A stretch of 64,000 bases of DNA from a virus. The translations under genes and the position numbers were made by a program. The stretch is taken from the IMG/VR virus record IMGVR_UViG_3300046535_000406, positions 32,001-96,000 of that record. One strand, written 5' to 3'. Below are positions 26,601 through 31,768 of the stretch, one piece after another. The notes below the pieces were generated by a model that worked only from the letters and a program-made list of their open reading frames with translations, did no database searches and was not told the origin of the DNA. How positions within the stretch are numbered: position 1 is the stretch's first letter; each line of letters begins with the position of its first letter.

Positions 26601-28780
26601 CGCATCCACGTCAACTGCGGCCCGGGCAGGATCGGGTGCTCGGTGAAGATCGAGGCTCCGGCGGCGATCGTGTCGGGGATGCGCTGTGCCAGCGGTAGCT
26701 CGGCGGACACCGCGCCCAGCCCGTTCAGGAAGTCGGCCAGCCCCTGATTGACCAGCCGGTTGTCGAACTGAAGGCTGAGCCCGCGCTCTGCTGCGCTCTG
26801 AGCGGCCCAGCGGATGGCCGCCACGGTCATTTCCGGCTCGAAGGTGTGTGAAGACGCACCCGTCATCGCGCCGGTGATGAAGCGCAGGTTCTTGGCGTCC
26901 TCCTGATAGACGGCGGAGTAGGTGTTGTCGCCCAGCGCGAACTTCTGGACCAGCACCGGACCGACGCCCGGCTCGCGTATCCCATCCCGAATGTACGGAG
27001 CGTGCAGATCGGGCGGGTGCTTCAGCCACGCAAGCTCCTCGGGCAGGGCCAGCGCCGGGGCGTCAACGACGATCTGGGAGGCCACGTCGGTGTCCCACGT
27101 GAAGGCGTTCTGGTCGGCCACCGGCTGCTGCGACGGACCGTAGTCAGGCAGGTCGCCCAGCAGCGACGCCACCGGGATGGGCGTGCCGCAGGCGTCGGCC
27201 TCCTTGATCCACACGAGGTTGATCGGTCCCTCGGTGACCATGGACTCGGCGAAGTCGGAGATGCCTGCCAGCGGGTCGCCGCAGACGGTGTCGGGCACGT
27301 CGTACTCGAAGCGGCACTTGCAGTTGAGTCCGCACTGGGTGTGGCCGGAGCCCGGGAACAGGCCCATGCTCATCAGCGCGTCGTAGCTGTACGGGCTCAT
27401 GTCCGATAGCTCGATGCAGTCGTCGCAGTGGTCCGCGTCGCCCAGCGTCCACCAGACTTGGATGATCTGGCCCATGGGCGTCGGCGAGAACACGTGATCC
27501 TGACCGATGGCCGACTGCACGTTCGCCACGTCGGCAACCGTCTGGGCCGTGGGTGTGGCGCCCGTCACGGGCGCGATGTTGTCGCCCACTCGGAAGGCTG
27601 CGCGCTCGCCCGCCTGCGCGAGGGAGTGGAAGTCGTTCAGGGCACCGCCGACCAGCAGCGCCCGGAGCCACTTCACCGTGTCCGGCTGTGCGAGGTTCCA
27701 CGGGTTCAGGACGTTCTTCACGATCCAGTTCAGCAGGCCGCCCTTGGCGTGGAGCGCGGCATCTGCCGCCACCATGCTGTCGGTGATGTCGCCTTGGTTG
27801 TCGGCGCTCAGCTGGTTCGCGTTGCGAGCACCAGCGGCCCTGCGCGCTGCCCGCATGGCACGGAGAGCTTGGGCGTGCAGGATGGCGTTGACTCGGGCAG
27901 CGGCCTCCTGCGGCGTGATCCTCCCGGATTGGAGCAGCCGGGTGACCACGGCCAGCTGGTTGCGCACGGCGGCCTGAGCACTGGCGCTGATCTTGGCGAT
28001 GGCGGCCAGCAGCTTCCTGACTTGGGCCTGCTGCACCAGCGTCTGGTTGGCCTGTGCCAGCTTCGCTCGCTCAGCCGCGATGCGATCGAGGATGACCGGG
28101 ATTGACGTGTTCTCGGAGTCGGCCACCGCCCGAGCGAAGCCCTTGCGCATCACGTCGTCCATGCGCACGGCGACCGACTGCAACAGCAGGGCCTCCATGG
28201 CCGGGGCGTCCTTGGCCTGCTTGGGGTCCTTGCCGTTGGTGGTGGTGATCAGGCGCCCGATCAGGTCGCCCACGGAGCCGACCGGGATGACCGTCTCGGC
28301 GGGTGCCAGCCCGGCGGCCATGAGCGTGCGCTGAATGTCCTGCTGGTCCTGCGTCGAGAGCCGTGACAGGTTGCCCAGCGATCGCTTGCCGACGGTGTAG
28401 GCGTTGCTCGCCTGACGCAGGTAGGCCGCGCTGAGCGCCGCCGTGAACTGGGTGCTGGTCAGCGTGCCAGCCTGAAACTGCTCGATCAGCAGCAGCGCCG
28501 ACTCCACGAACTGGCGCACTGCCCGGGACAGGCGCTCATCGGCGCCGGGGTTGCGCTGGGCCGGTCCCCAGCCGATCACCGGCAGCCCTGCGCTCAGCGC
28601 GTAGGCGATCGCCTGAAGGTGGTTGATGTCCCGGTCCGAGGCGACGATGCCCGTCGCGTCCTCTTGGATGGCAACGTCGTACTGGGGGTCGTACCAGAGA
28701 GGATCACTGGCGCTTCGCAGCGCCTCGGTGATCTGTTCCAGCAGCGCCTCGGTGAGGTCCCGGTCAGTCTCCGCGACCAT
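8669..28780 (-). CDS. giant MuF-type (head morphogenesis) polyvalent protein, ~6,703 aa
   Basis: Directly after portal; likely ATG 28780 with GAGG SD. MuF-type Cys cluster WWTLGDADHCDDC...FPGSGHTQCGLNCKCRF (~27300-27460). Then zincin HEYGH (~26210), kinase NADGHGGN/IDKG (~25470-25550), zincin HEMGH (~24700), ART-like (~23550-23990), Nudix box GGVDLNETTAQAAVREAREEMG (~22800-22870), KOW/SH3-like arrays, second kinase NDDAHIGN/IDKT (~9885-9970), C-terminal ART-like EGEREI. Confidence 0.85.
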   Translation of the reverse strand: MVAETDRDLTEALLEQITEALRSASDPLWYDPQYDVAIQEDATGIVASDRDINHLQAIAYALSAGLPVIGWGPAQRNPGADERLSRAVRQFVESALLLIEQFQAGTLTSTQFTAALSAAYLRQASNAYTVGKRSLGNLSRLSTQDQQDIQRTLMAAGLAPAETVIPVGSVGDLIGRLITTTNGKDPKQAKDAPAMEALLLQSVAVRMDDVMRKGFARAVADSENTSIPVILDRIAAERAKLAQANQTLVQQAQVRKLLAAIAKISASAQAAVRNQLAVVTRLLQSGRITPQEAAARVNAILHAQALRAMRAARRAAGARNANQLSADNQGDITDSMVAADAALHAKGGLLNWIVKNVLNPWNLAQPDTVKWLRALLVGGALNDFHSLAQAGERAAFRVGDNIAPVTGATPTAQTVADVANVQSAIGQDHVFSPTPMGQIIQVWWTLGDADHCDDCIELSDMSPYSYDALMSMGLFPGSGHTQCGLNCKCRFEYDVPDTVCGDPLAGISDFAESMVTEGPINLVWIKEADACGTPIPVASLLGDLPDYGPSQQPVADQNAFTWDTDVASQIVVDAPALALPEELAWLKHPPDLHAPYIRDGIREPGVGPVLVQKFALGDNTYSAVYQEDAKNLRFITGAMTGASSHTFEPEMTVAAIRWAAQSAAERGLSLQFDNRLVNQGLADFLNGLGAVSAELPLAQRIPDTIAAGASIFTEHPILPGPQLTWMREMPEMPSFRALAAEPHVSNANAIVQTAFEPSPEHPMADAMALFPGMKNLAGEAFSSAQWDMLRAKAELFDQLGIDRSLNSALSVIESSDGVGYAGRAFSDGRINLEPEMGLAGKITVSNTFGDAWAHEYGHLVSNRLSQRLGADRWNTFKADFRGDNLLKLKSYADTSDEEFWAEAFTAMTRPDYIPGTLAGDTEAWSLMREGGVWHTPEITFPVTKFGAFPTEQVLVDPSKWGTGGLLPGWKWGSADKLGKGTTPRVLLKDPTGQEFLLKPYGVSEEVAGSRVTTLFGLDAPPVARIAFGTGDNPWYAWQALVPRTAQSYWVRAPDAATLARVLGHDEERQLFGHGLVDYLIHNADGHGGNYLYDSGRVWAIDKGYGFDRLGSGLTPSLTDFYERADASMFGRIDHSPDLLLRLTPQDVATTLDRFDGVTDQQLLNAVGDALTTDAAKADLLSRKHNLRQSVEDLFADRTTIADHPSAAWKAWLDDGGTFPYTPPADLGATVSEVTNVSELVARMEARYPGTDWSGLLEVPFDTGKVLAKRMDMLFSRFGTIPSFRGVALRTYAPGKGTIAEVARIDPNVPGSKVFLNRAMFTDSTALQKAFLRDKANVPFSVGGQIATNADEWASDVVTHEMGHEWLGMNLHSRLGADRYAPVRQELEPWLKSTLWPALKTTHISKYARSNQHELWAETFAGAIEGMNQPETKQLAAIFDKFYPAKPADPLLGFSPQDLPSVNLTDVMKPKDTGFFKNNTPQAVRDAVLALPEAEREGATKLIRNMATLWKKDVSVVPTDWQVWLIKGSTFEAPTEVLPAAATLWDKKLTPQWSKPEVPLPPAPTAAEFAPEGSAGIVTQLLNPKDEWWLEPNLKPIADAAEWNAVDTGAINKSLRAGEHVADQSVDGTMVKGKDLLDYYDRLSTQAETTAPGILYRGQSLKAGALGKVGDSYVDKAIPFATSSGNKAYNFAIPGGVVQRMHVPKGFRLSAGEATYQVQLPRNLRWRIVRVTDGKELGLAENVSVVDLVPDTGVVPGYQYTGVPFKSFTAPPKPDTPFDGLTFKIDEKAPVLEPGTTVEPIPVEGIAPLNTPPVDWTGHVPEEPPLPEGAVADWQLKDMREAADKAWLRWEAVQSGEAKYAITWSQAESDAAKKAGLFEQKIGSQYYAAKSKADLDALDKAVKGGLDTNSDAFWKDTLGYSQKQLDTIDAYDVAKKGTHSLRAGVVLVEPDGRMWIISPRNRWAGYENTFAKGGVDLNETTAQAAVREAREEMGFSVELDKYLGDFTATDNGSITRYYVAHRTGGGPAWAKTIKETYSVRLGTPSEVRPVLLRYDKPDSRDTKVLDSYLEQAGLPPVAPPITEPPARLLGMSPDDVSGGSPFLHEQLGYDPQIAEASAGVWTPTSMPTGLMKVELPGGPDGTSSVFFRDDEAAKTRRWVLTAFKNDSGVLVAAADPAMAQLRANAMLAMVTNLPKGWDLSIEGSMGFGKADFALLGIPGEVPGFGKTLLIGNGDAVKVAKIMADPTALSADAPTLTLTPAVTDTLAAKLGPADPTIAVGQIVGTNTPTHFATHGVEAPADPFFETYGVAKPAWDTSLFVSEGKAPDEVLSSVHWKIGTTDQPINLFYPNAASSFVRMGVPEWKVTGIETRRAILLKEILRQADKGMEVEVTVSTTETAKLADLFTVLGSKSEGGSWRLDAPQLQLLRKATDQNVSITSLLPPPGITTAAMHPAAQAKSLDQTLGHVVTATPNKLSAQGTTGIGEKWGFDQHEAYNFVNGTGTGIPTPDGPDLKSHPQKQVWTTSKGGDVEFYWDTSPNGNLRLNQVITGENVSEPDVAAALVGQLQYFAGVMQNPALYGVNHLAVRIDDAVMNVLGDKTKQMLTAAGLKPSSVLGGWILSRPNTIGLVHSLLNDLTDVAAVASVAPAAFAIGDTVLHATYGIGTVIDAVAGGTFYVKFPSVTSYFLADQLKPIVKAITSLKPGDMVHTLDNKPALIASISADGQKALVKIGFGEQTFSIADLSLAHQWQIGDLVNYLGNEGSITKIEPDILFLKTTADGKLFATEPWNANLTFIGSQPAWEVGDTLVNGAGVKGAVTFVHADGFIDVHWATGTSPSIHVDPNATTLGVPLTKTGSLGAPTAPAAPSAAGFRVGDKVQSGGLSGTKGVIAAVFPDAGKVTVTWDSGITSTAFDPTHPNVMLKHVEPSATFKVGDHVANMWDATGTITNVADGKVGITWDISPGAGAGLLIDPTTVGLKHVPDVGVTQPPLKVGDTVIEQISGKGQMVTVQTIDPVGTLALVELPDGSTTWMAVSSLVKPGFSSPAWAVGTATPVAAVTTFVQGDVVKTAFGVGKVNKVLPGDVIEVTLPSGAYKSFTVGELSSVAPQVGDAVIHPTLGHATITKIDTGITPVQIQVKAVGSEAWAWANPDNVVKVGDKLQHGAIVQTIDANQVIAVTGGAKFTSPVSEVQKDLKLGKYPGLTPGTGAVTTAAEPWKVGDQALWQPPGFAHPEQVTIQAVSPSGLITVKGAAANAFPVAPTELARVPAATTEPFKVGDAVLVTKGAAFSGQVGSITHVGLLSSGETYYDVALPGAPYVSFKAEELAPAPGTAPGVMAPGGVPAGITVGAKVEIEGLTGTVTQIAPNGILTIAVDTGGSTTAYGIGDAKVVMVQHGPPLRIDGKVHISGTGVSSLDGQDGIISAIHPNGTYAVTKLDGATAQDVSAKNLHPFLTWNVGDTALLPSGTKVEIKSITGLDFYGATVQYADGHIDKWPVWALVKPAGAAPTPVVPTNPFKIGDHVTTPSGSSGVVSEITPPQGVSGGMIVMKLPDGTSLVTSPATLKMTRPPGAVGGLFQKLGVSKAEFDKGWQTQLATGESAYQVKPVGGAIGGLYASMKKNLQGDLVLYSIGGTTLGSDASYLAALSGIASFPLDPLKIAPKNLIVPTSFLNAMPTLSDLMKQAGAVESQYGWLTLTAAQATDLATKLSTDTQLITVGSLAAGGTKVAGSIDFAGWATEDIAQMAAAIGAIPDTLALGGGALSLSWKAGKFDIGGTLDYPPNATKPMRILNLTSPIAMQNTTFMVVTQYAGESLSYGQKLIYEDQALSVIDEHWKNMLLDHYNGSLDLSGSQTRIILPYEDAQQLAKDIKQASGIASPQALPVPPQTGVLTGATLAVPNPVTVGAYDPLTASLYTVQYEKSVSGHSLLSGANTTMKQTHYGTGAIDGGTAEWRRIGNRLELWQTTGDQLGVFAAQMRKFNDYMDATPSLTHLNLKGPILEPGPVRTWLEEAGWDPSQKLLKSDVDQIVSDLDSEVGAATNAVPVTLAFGSVPGYDPAVVDNFAMHWGVETNEKAAYLSGANTSVKHVVWGGGSSLDYRRLGNRVELLKLTAPSEHIADNVAFAFIQHAADLFDKTPSLYRLRIDSDAFLATSLSMRDTLKAYGGVLSKTNDMAFKPEDVQAIRDKLVADGQAPTIVTVAPPPVAPTFSTLGTIEGYDPQAIALASIPDIEQTIHPVHLAGTANKALKETIYGDGNQALKVQWRRIGQRIEVSSAEGDYTPTLLLAHMKRMAEAMETTPGIEYTVVRASIVGGMPLDLRNLFEVAYGTAATKGDIKMGRLDAEALLKDLKADEVKAKAAPGIAPTIQSAPKPVPATTVASSYAAGDHIVWGKGLNGFVTSVDHNGKLSVTSVSGTTFKLKPEDVTPYTATTPNVVFPGSKAGGYNLGDQVQWGKPSLGTPMQTGTVTQISQSGELTITTQSGAVVHKAATNPNLSKVAPAVSFAKGVIEPPPTTLAVGDKVKFVGSGPPTYEVMAVKPNGLIDVKDSDGNLWADMNGEHAVKVGVVPAFTPIPPEGLKVGDWALKPDGKYAKVMHTFDNGNVQLSIGNTFAPGDIVPAGSVTKVAEPTKQAAFSIGDQVVLPNGKVDVIASIDGVDEYHVAGAPGLPFFGKDMLLAKPAEPAGLKVGDIVDHMNGNSAYKGGTVVAINDVSKTANVKWPGFGGAQGLESPQVNLKLVGAPPPVLAKVGDEIVVKPGGGDATGDVATYGGQMGTVNYVSLNGQMMDVTMLDGSTGTFAQNEVIVSAKAGTLTPAAVPSPLTPKAGDTVSVNGKTGTVMGTHGIVNGEMTWGVEFPGEPVWGYFPTSQLSAAVGPKVGGKVTVKAIGGAFDGETGTITAISPDGLDIEVILNDEHATQVTFEPSELENANPAPFRIGEHVNYGGQNLTVTKLFPVTGNVQAMGVDGTPFVLVPESVNKGWITATTPAPKFAVGDKVLTNDYGIGTIAQVNSATVEVSFDPLTSPNAPSSKIYNPAKLTPKPQIKVGDSVLTYGGDEGVVNYLSPDGLTAHVTTMTANLTQETKDLTLVKVQPGFHQGDWVTVPTGQTGKIAYVTDDGTKANVTLGTAGVGSGTGTLTVKTELLKPAAAPKYAIGDKVTFTDAGNQPITATVTQLNQPSGMVIVTSDVTGYPLLKAESDLTPFVAPEPVPATFVVGDKVKWTPTGTSGVVTNVSDNAVTVKWEGSGTVSTAKGGPGSAYASIVKPVPSAGETYVPKPGDTVAQPLYGTGTVIEKTPYSPTAMVDFGANGKQLVGISTLTKVEPGTVATVKASTAPAGLKVGDQVTHPSFGTGTVTEVSSGSTVLVDWDTYPKSWTNVAFLTPTGVNVPKVVAPTLSKAALSAHKLAVGDWVLKQDGNYGKIVKVFKNGKAKVTIQSYGSGANIPMSQLSYVQTWPASEVAVGDTVVYYTGGKPYVVTEIPDTGYYLKALYSGNTTGNVQQLGKTSVTIVQKGVGNLETGDPVFASGFGLAEVVSVDSTVNPATVTVALEDGTTQTLVGQDIKPIPKLWKAGDIGQLPSGKVGTVTNVSTDTITLDVGGNPASAAIPDLKAPEPPANPLKTGDFVMTPKGQMGVVTNAASPSGLLVNVAPEGLPPVVETYNQLLLKQLPQPWKVGDYALLPNGVNAMITSISPVGDVTLSMKGSSVIQTATLDQLKASPYAPNPWKFGDKVITPQGNGTVTSTTMSTVSVKLEDGTPVTMVPGALKAAPIVPYVPNAKLITPNSPLYVPPVSAQSLSQVAQGPLIPASSRLDTLLGYDHSEMIATHHLGASEAALPGPQQIVPGTKLPQTIQTATYTVSGGNQVKTLYAVSTTGSLVSLVGAESLGATAKEVNDATWSELLDLAQKTAQRVDEDGNVMAASRLYVIDAVLDAHPGMKDLLLRAGGTDFRVRPAEGQGGGFFDALGPGVRLEGPQAETLANALLANTEDPLLQGQVLAAIPKPPQLVDLPKGVLANQPIKIMGGTPDNLWLAGGETIRANGLRAVSSWAGGKVEAEWLRTGPIMEWTNLTIASGTTEAEVTASTVRMLHSLLSNIAATPGTVLEVDQQVLSANPALRDLLLRYKGAEAATTSRAWIRVTADRANMMRQDIEAEMGASSAAGTVATPIVAPTIWPVPQDLKLLSAKGLGGQSPKAAFIDSQGNEWMFKIGASGRGARTDVAVNQLAGLLDLRTPPVKQYTLEINGKMTNGALQKLVPDIEHVKSPGELTPDQTTEFFQQSVLDWLTANDDAHIGNWMVSQSDGHLWGIDKTRSWVGMGGKFDTLDPANEGQGGEMGLLPMWSMFWRDARKNPALLANVDPKAIARTLGHLEAMSDQQFLQIIQPVLNDWKGLRQKSYDAFREAALLRKNQVRGDYQTFFASEVKAAMAGPKGADVPQSWRDWLLQDGGVFRLQLTYDEQHIDKMAEWDRDLLPSPTTDPLKEARRLLDPSSDVPGRPSKSSMQEALGYVHSYSGSGMSGEKTVEKMGSARTYGAGLIASKTDADAYAYASKINQWAVLHATFDPRYENSSVQWIKDIRNAYDPATGTWLWVRNVADTTDAQAYYERLSRLGYPSGRGGSLGLSAGFVQDAGVMITAKMNLENFYATSFVNPSWFQSTEGEREIIARDLQLPQIIRLSKYDGSMWNNEARKAGMDPWEYTKNYSGPVVQNSTSSGW
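11520..15660 (-). repeat. protein-level array of ~24 KOW/SH3-like small beta-barrel repeats inside the giant protein
   Basis: Units begin (F/W/L)x(V/I)GD.V followed by G.(G/V)TV..V, about 50-60 aa each; counted by eye. Confidence 0.75.
18110..20840 (-). repeat. protein-level array of ~16 KOW/SH3-like repeats inside the giant protein
   Basis: From FAIGDTVLHATYGIGTV to FKIGDHVTTPSGSSGVV; counted by eye. Confidence 0.75.
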
Positions 28781-30839
28781 ACGTCGCCTCGGCAGCATCT
28801 GCGGCCTGCCGTGCAATCTCTACCAGACGGTGGACGCGGACCCGCTCGTCCGGCGGAGCCCACGACTCCTGAATGGGAGGCGCGGTGTCCTGCTTGACTC
28901 CGGCCTTCTGTGCCGCCGTCGGCATCATGCCCGGCACCGGCGAGAGCTTCGTCGGGAAGCCGCCCTGAGCCGCCAGTGGCGTCAACAGCGACTGCGGGTC
29001 GATCGGCTGTGGGCCGGTGGCGCCCTTCATCATGCCCTCGGGCAGCGGCGGGAACAGGCGGTCCATCAGCTGGTCCACGTCCTCGATTTCGAGCGCGACC
29101 ATGGCGATGGACAGGACCCACTTGCCAGCCTCGGGGTTCTGAAGCGGCAGCATGTCGTAGAGCGCCTTCAGGGCCGTGAAGTAGGCCGCAAGGTCCTTCT
29201 TGATGATCGGCGGGAAGACGACGCTCACGTACCAGTCGATCGGCTTGCTCGGCCCCGGGTCTTGGTCCGACAGGGCCGTGAAGACCATCGGCTGGACGGC
29301 AGGCGGCGGCGGCGGCACGAACGGCTGGGGCGGGCCACCCGGCGCGGCGGGGTCGGCAGGCTTGGACGGATCGGCAGTCGCCTTGGCAGGGTCGGCGCCG
29401 TTCACCTTGGCGCTGTCGCCCTTCACGTGAATGTTGATGTCGCCCTCGTGCAGTTGCACCGGCGAGCCTGCGCGACCGGCAGGCGGTCCACCTGCGCCGA
29501 CGGGTGCCGTGGTCGGACCCGGGTTCAGCTGAGGCGGTCCAGCTGGCTGTGCGGACGAGGTGTCAAGCACCTGCTGCGCCGTCATCGACCGCTCGCTGTA
29601 TTTCGTGGAGTCGTCGCGTGGGCCGAGCTTGCCAGCGTCGTGAGCCGTCTCCAACGCGAAGGTGACGATGTCCGACATGATGTCGCCCAGCCACTTCTGC
29701 CACGACTCGTACATCTTCAGGAGCGGAAGCTCCATGGCGGTCGCGGTCGCGAGGTTGGCGTTGGCCTCGTCGCCGAAGTAGTGGTTCGGGATGCCGCCCA
29801 TGCCCGAGCCGCCCATCATGCGGAGGATGCGCTCGTCGGCCAGCGCGTTCGTGCCGCCGGTGTCGTTCTTCATCCATTCGAGGGACGAGTAGTCGTTCTC
29901 CACGATGGTCGAGCCCGGCGCCGGAGCAGGGTTGGTGTCGTAGCCGGTGGCGCTCACCTGCATTGACGACTGAAGCCGGGCGACCTCGGCGGCCACATCC
30001 TGAGCCGTGCTGTTCTTGCGCTTCTTCTTCCACGCGAACGTGGCAGCTGCGTCAGTGATCGTGGAGCGGTTCTCCATGAACCGCTTGTGCGCGTTGACCC
30101 AGTCGAGCGCGGCCTCTATCTCGGACTCGCCCATCTTCGACTTGCCACGGCGGCAGAGCATGACCAGCCCGTCCTCGACCGCCTTGGGCGCGGTCTGGCC
30201 CTTGGGGTCCAGAGGAGCGTCGTTGCGCCACTCGCGATACCAGATGAAGTCGTCTGCCGTGGTGGCGGAGTAGGAGCCAACGTTGAAGTCGTAGCTGCCG
30301 CCCAGCTTGCGCACCTTCACCCAGAGCGGGATGCGCCAGTTCTCGGGATCGGTGACCACGTCCTCGATCAGCAGCGAGTCGATCGAGCCAAGCTCGACCT
30401 TGCCTTCATCGGTGTCGGGGAACATGACCAGCACTTGCAGGCCGTCGGTGAAGGCACCCTTCAGGAAGTCGGACTGGGCCATGTAGCCGAAGAACGTCTG
30501 CTGGTTCACCGGGTTCTGGACAAGCTCGTCAACGATCTTCGCGACACGGGTCTTGTTGGCGGCGGAGAGAGTCACGCCGCGCCCGATGGTGTAGTTCACG
30601 AGCAGGTTGGACGCCTGCTTCACGAGCGGGCTGCGCCGGGCTGCGCGTCGCGCACGGCGGATCGTCGTGATCCGCTCGTCTCGGGTCAGGTACGTCTCGT
30701 CGCCGGAACGGTCGTACGAGAGGTTCGTCCAGTTGGCGTCTTCGAGAGCGCGCTCGACCGTCAACAGGGCTTCGCGAATGCTGACCGGCTTGGGTCCAGC
30801 GAAGGCGGGAGCGCCGTTCGGCTGCACGGTGAGTCCCAT
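28764..30839 (-). CDS. portal protein
   Basis: Likely ATG 30839 (MGLTVQ). SPLVKQASNLLVNYTIGRGV, DPEN, G.SEI...DW, GGIPNHYFGDEANANLATATAMELPLLKMYESWQ and FPPI are typical portal motifs; Pro-rich insert near C-terminus; precedes MuF. Confidence 0.88.
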   Translation of the reverse strand: MGLTVQPNGAPAFAGPKPVSIREALLTVERALEDANWTNLSYDRSGDETYLTRDERITTIRRARRAARRSPLVKQASNLLVNYTIGRGVTLSAANKTRVAKIVDELVQNPVNQQTFFGYMAQSDFLKGAFTDGLQVLVMFPDTDEGKVELGSIDSLLIEDVVTDPENWRIPLWVKVRKLGGSYDFNVGSYSATTADDFIWYREWRNDAPLDPKGQTAPKAVEDGLVMLCRRGKSKMGESEIEAALDWVNAHKRFMENRSTITDAAATFAWKKKRKNSTAQDVAAEVARLQSSMQVSATGYDTNPAPAPGSTIVENDYSSLEWMKNDTGGTNALADERILRMMGGSGMGGIPNHYFGDEANANLATATAMELPLLKMYESWQKWLGDIMSDIVTFALETAHDAGKLGPRDDSTKYSERSMTAQQVLDTSSAQPAGPPQLNPGPTTAPVGAGGPPAGRAGSPVQLHEGDINIHVKGDSAKVNGADPAKATADPSKPADPAAPGGPPQPFVPPPPPAVQPMVFTALSDQDPGPSKPIDWYVSVVFPPIIKKDLAAYFTALKALYDMLPLQNPEAGKWVLSIAMVALEIEDVDQLMDRLFPPLPEGMMKGATGPQPIDPQSLLTPLAAQGGFPTKLSPVPGMMPTAAQKAGVKQDTAPPIQESWAPPDERVRVHRLVEIARQAADAAEATYGRGD

Positions 30840-30982
30840 CACCAGCACCTGAAGTGCGCCCCATCCTGAACGTCGAAGCTCGGCACGCCCGGATGGGGCA
30901 GAACGCCGCTCCTCAAGAACCGGGGTTGCCGGTCGCGGGGAAAGCCTATCACGGGCGTCCAGACTGCTGGTACTGTGCGCGC

Positions 30983-31210
30983 ATGACCCGCCCCCATCCA
31001 CGCCAAGCGGACGCGCTTGCGCTCGCCTCGGGCATCGCCATCGTCTCCGTGGCCCTCATTGCCGTCGCAGACATCGTCGCCCACGGATCACTCGAACCGG
31101 CGGTGATGACGCTCGTGGCCTCCACGATCGCGCCTCTGACGCCCGCCCTGATCATCCGCTACGGGATCAACCCGAACCGTAGCGGGCACGAGCAGAGCCC
31201 GCCCCAGTGA
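30983..31210 (+). CDS. small two-TM membrane protein (counter-oriented)
   Basis: TACTGT 6 nt before ATG (leaderless-type); two hydrophobic helices. Confidence 0.5.
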   Translation: MTRPHPRQADALALASGIAIVSVALIAVADIVAHGSLEPAVMTLVASTIAPLTPALIIRYGINPNRSGHEQSPPQ

Positions 31211-31524
31211 ACATTCCCGACTGGCTCGCGTGGGTCCTGCTGGCGATCCCCGTATTCACGTCGGTCGTGTTCGTGCGCATGGCGTGGCGAGCAGGGAAGG
31301 ACATGCTCGGGCTGAAGGCGACGACGCTGCCGCTGGTGGAGGCGCGGCTGGTGGTCGGCTGCGGGTTGGCCCTGATCAGCCTCGGTAACGTCCAGACCGG
31401 GATCGGCTACATCGCCCAGATCGGGAGTGCGACGGACATCAACATCGCCGTCGGCGCCATCGTGGTCCGGGGAGCCCTCCTGCCGGTCGCGCTGTACGTC
31501 CTGCTGCGGTATCGGGGCGGCTGA
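31207..31524 (+). CDS. three-TM membrane protein (counter-oriented)
   Basis: GTGA coupling to the previous ORF; three hydrophobic segments. Confidence 0.55.
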   Translation: MNIPDWLAWVLLAIPVFTSVVFVRMAWRAGKDMLGLKATTLPLVEARLVVGCGLALISLGNVQTGIGYIAQIGSATDINIAVGAIVVRGALLPVALYVLLRYRGG

Positions 31525-31529
31525 GGAAG

Positions 31530-31740
31530 TTAGCACCCGGGGGTTGCTACCGGAGTCCCAGAGCGGCGTTCTGATCGCTCGCCCCAGACCTTCCTGCCGG
31601 TCAGAGCTTCCCTATCACCTCAGTTGCGGCTACCGCAGAGACAGTTGGCGTCCAGCACGCTCGGGCCACATGCAACCCGGGCTGCGCCCTCCCGTGAGAC
31701 GGCGCGAAGCTGACGCCCGTCGTCATTAGCGCCGGGCTCC
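31530..31740 (-). ncRNA. candidate ~200-nt structured RNA
   Basis: No convincing ORF; starts just after a TACACT -10 (31744-31749); ends can pair (CCCGG-CGCTA ... TAGC-AACC-CCCGGG). Confidence 0.3.
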
Positions 31741-31743
31741 GCC

Positions 31744-31767
31744 AGTGTACCGCAGGGAGTCAATAGG
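31744..31767 (-). promoter_or_regulatory. phage promoter motif, short-spacer type
   Basis: CCTATTGACTCCCTGCGG-TACACT (TTGACT-N8-TACACT). Confidence 0.55.
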
Positions 31768-31768
31768 T

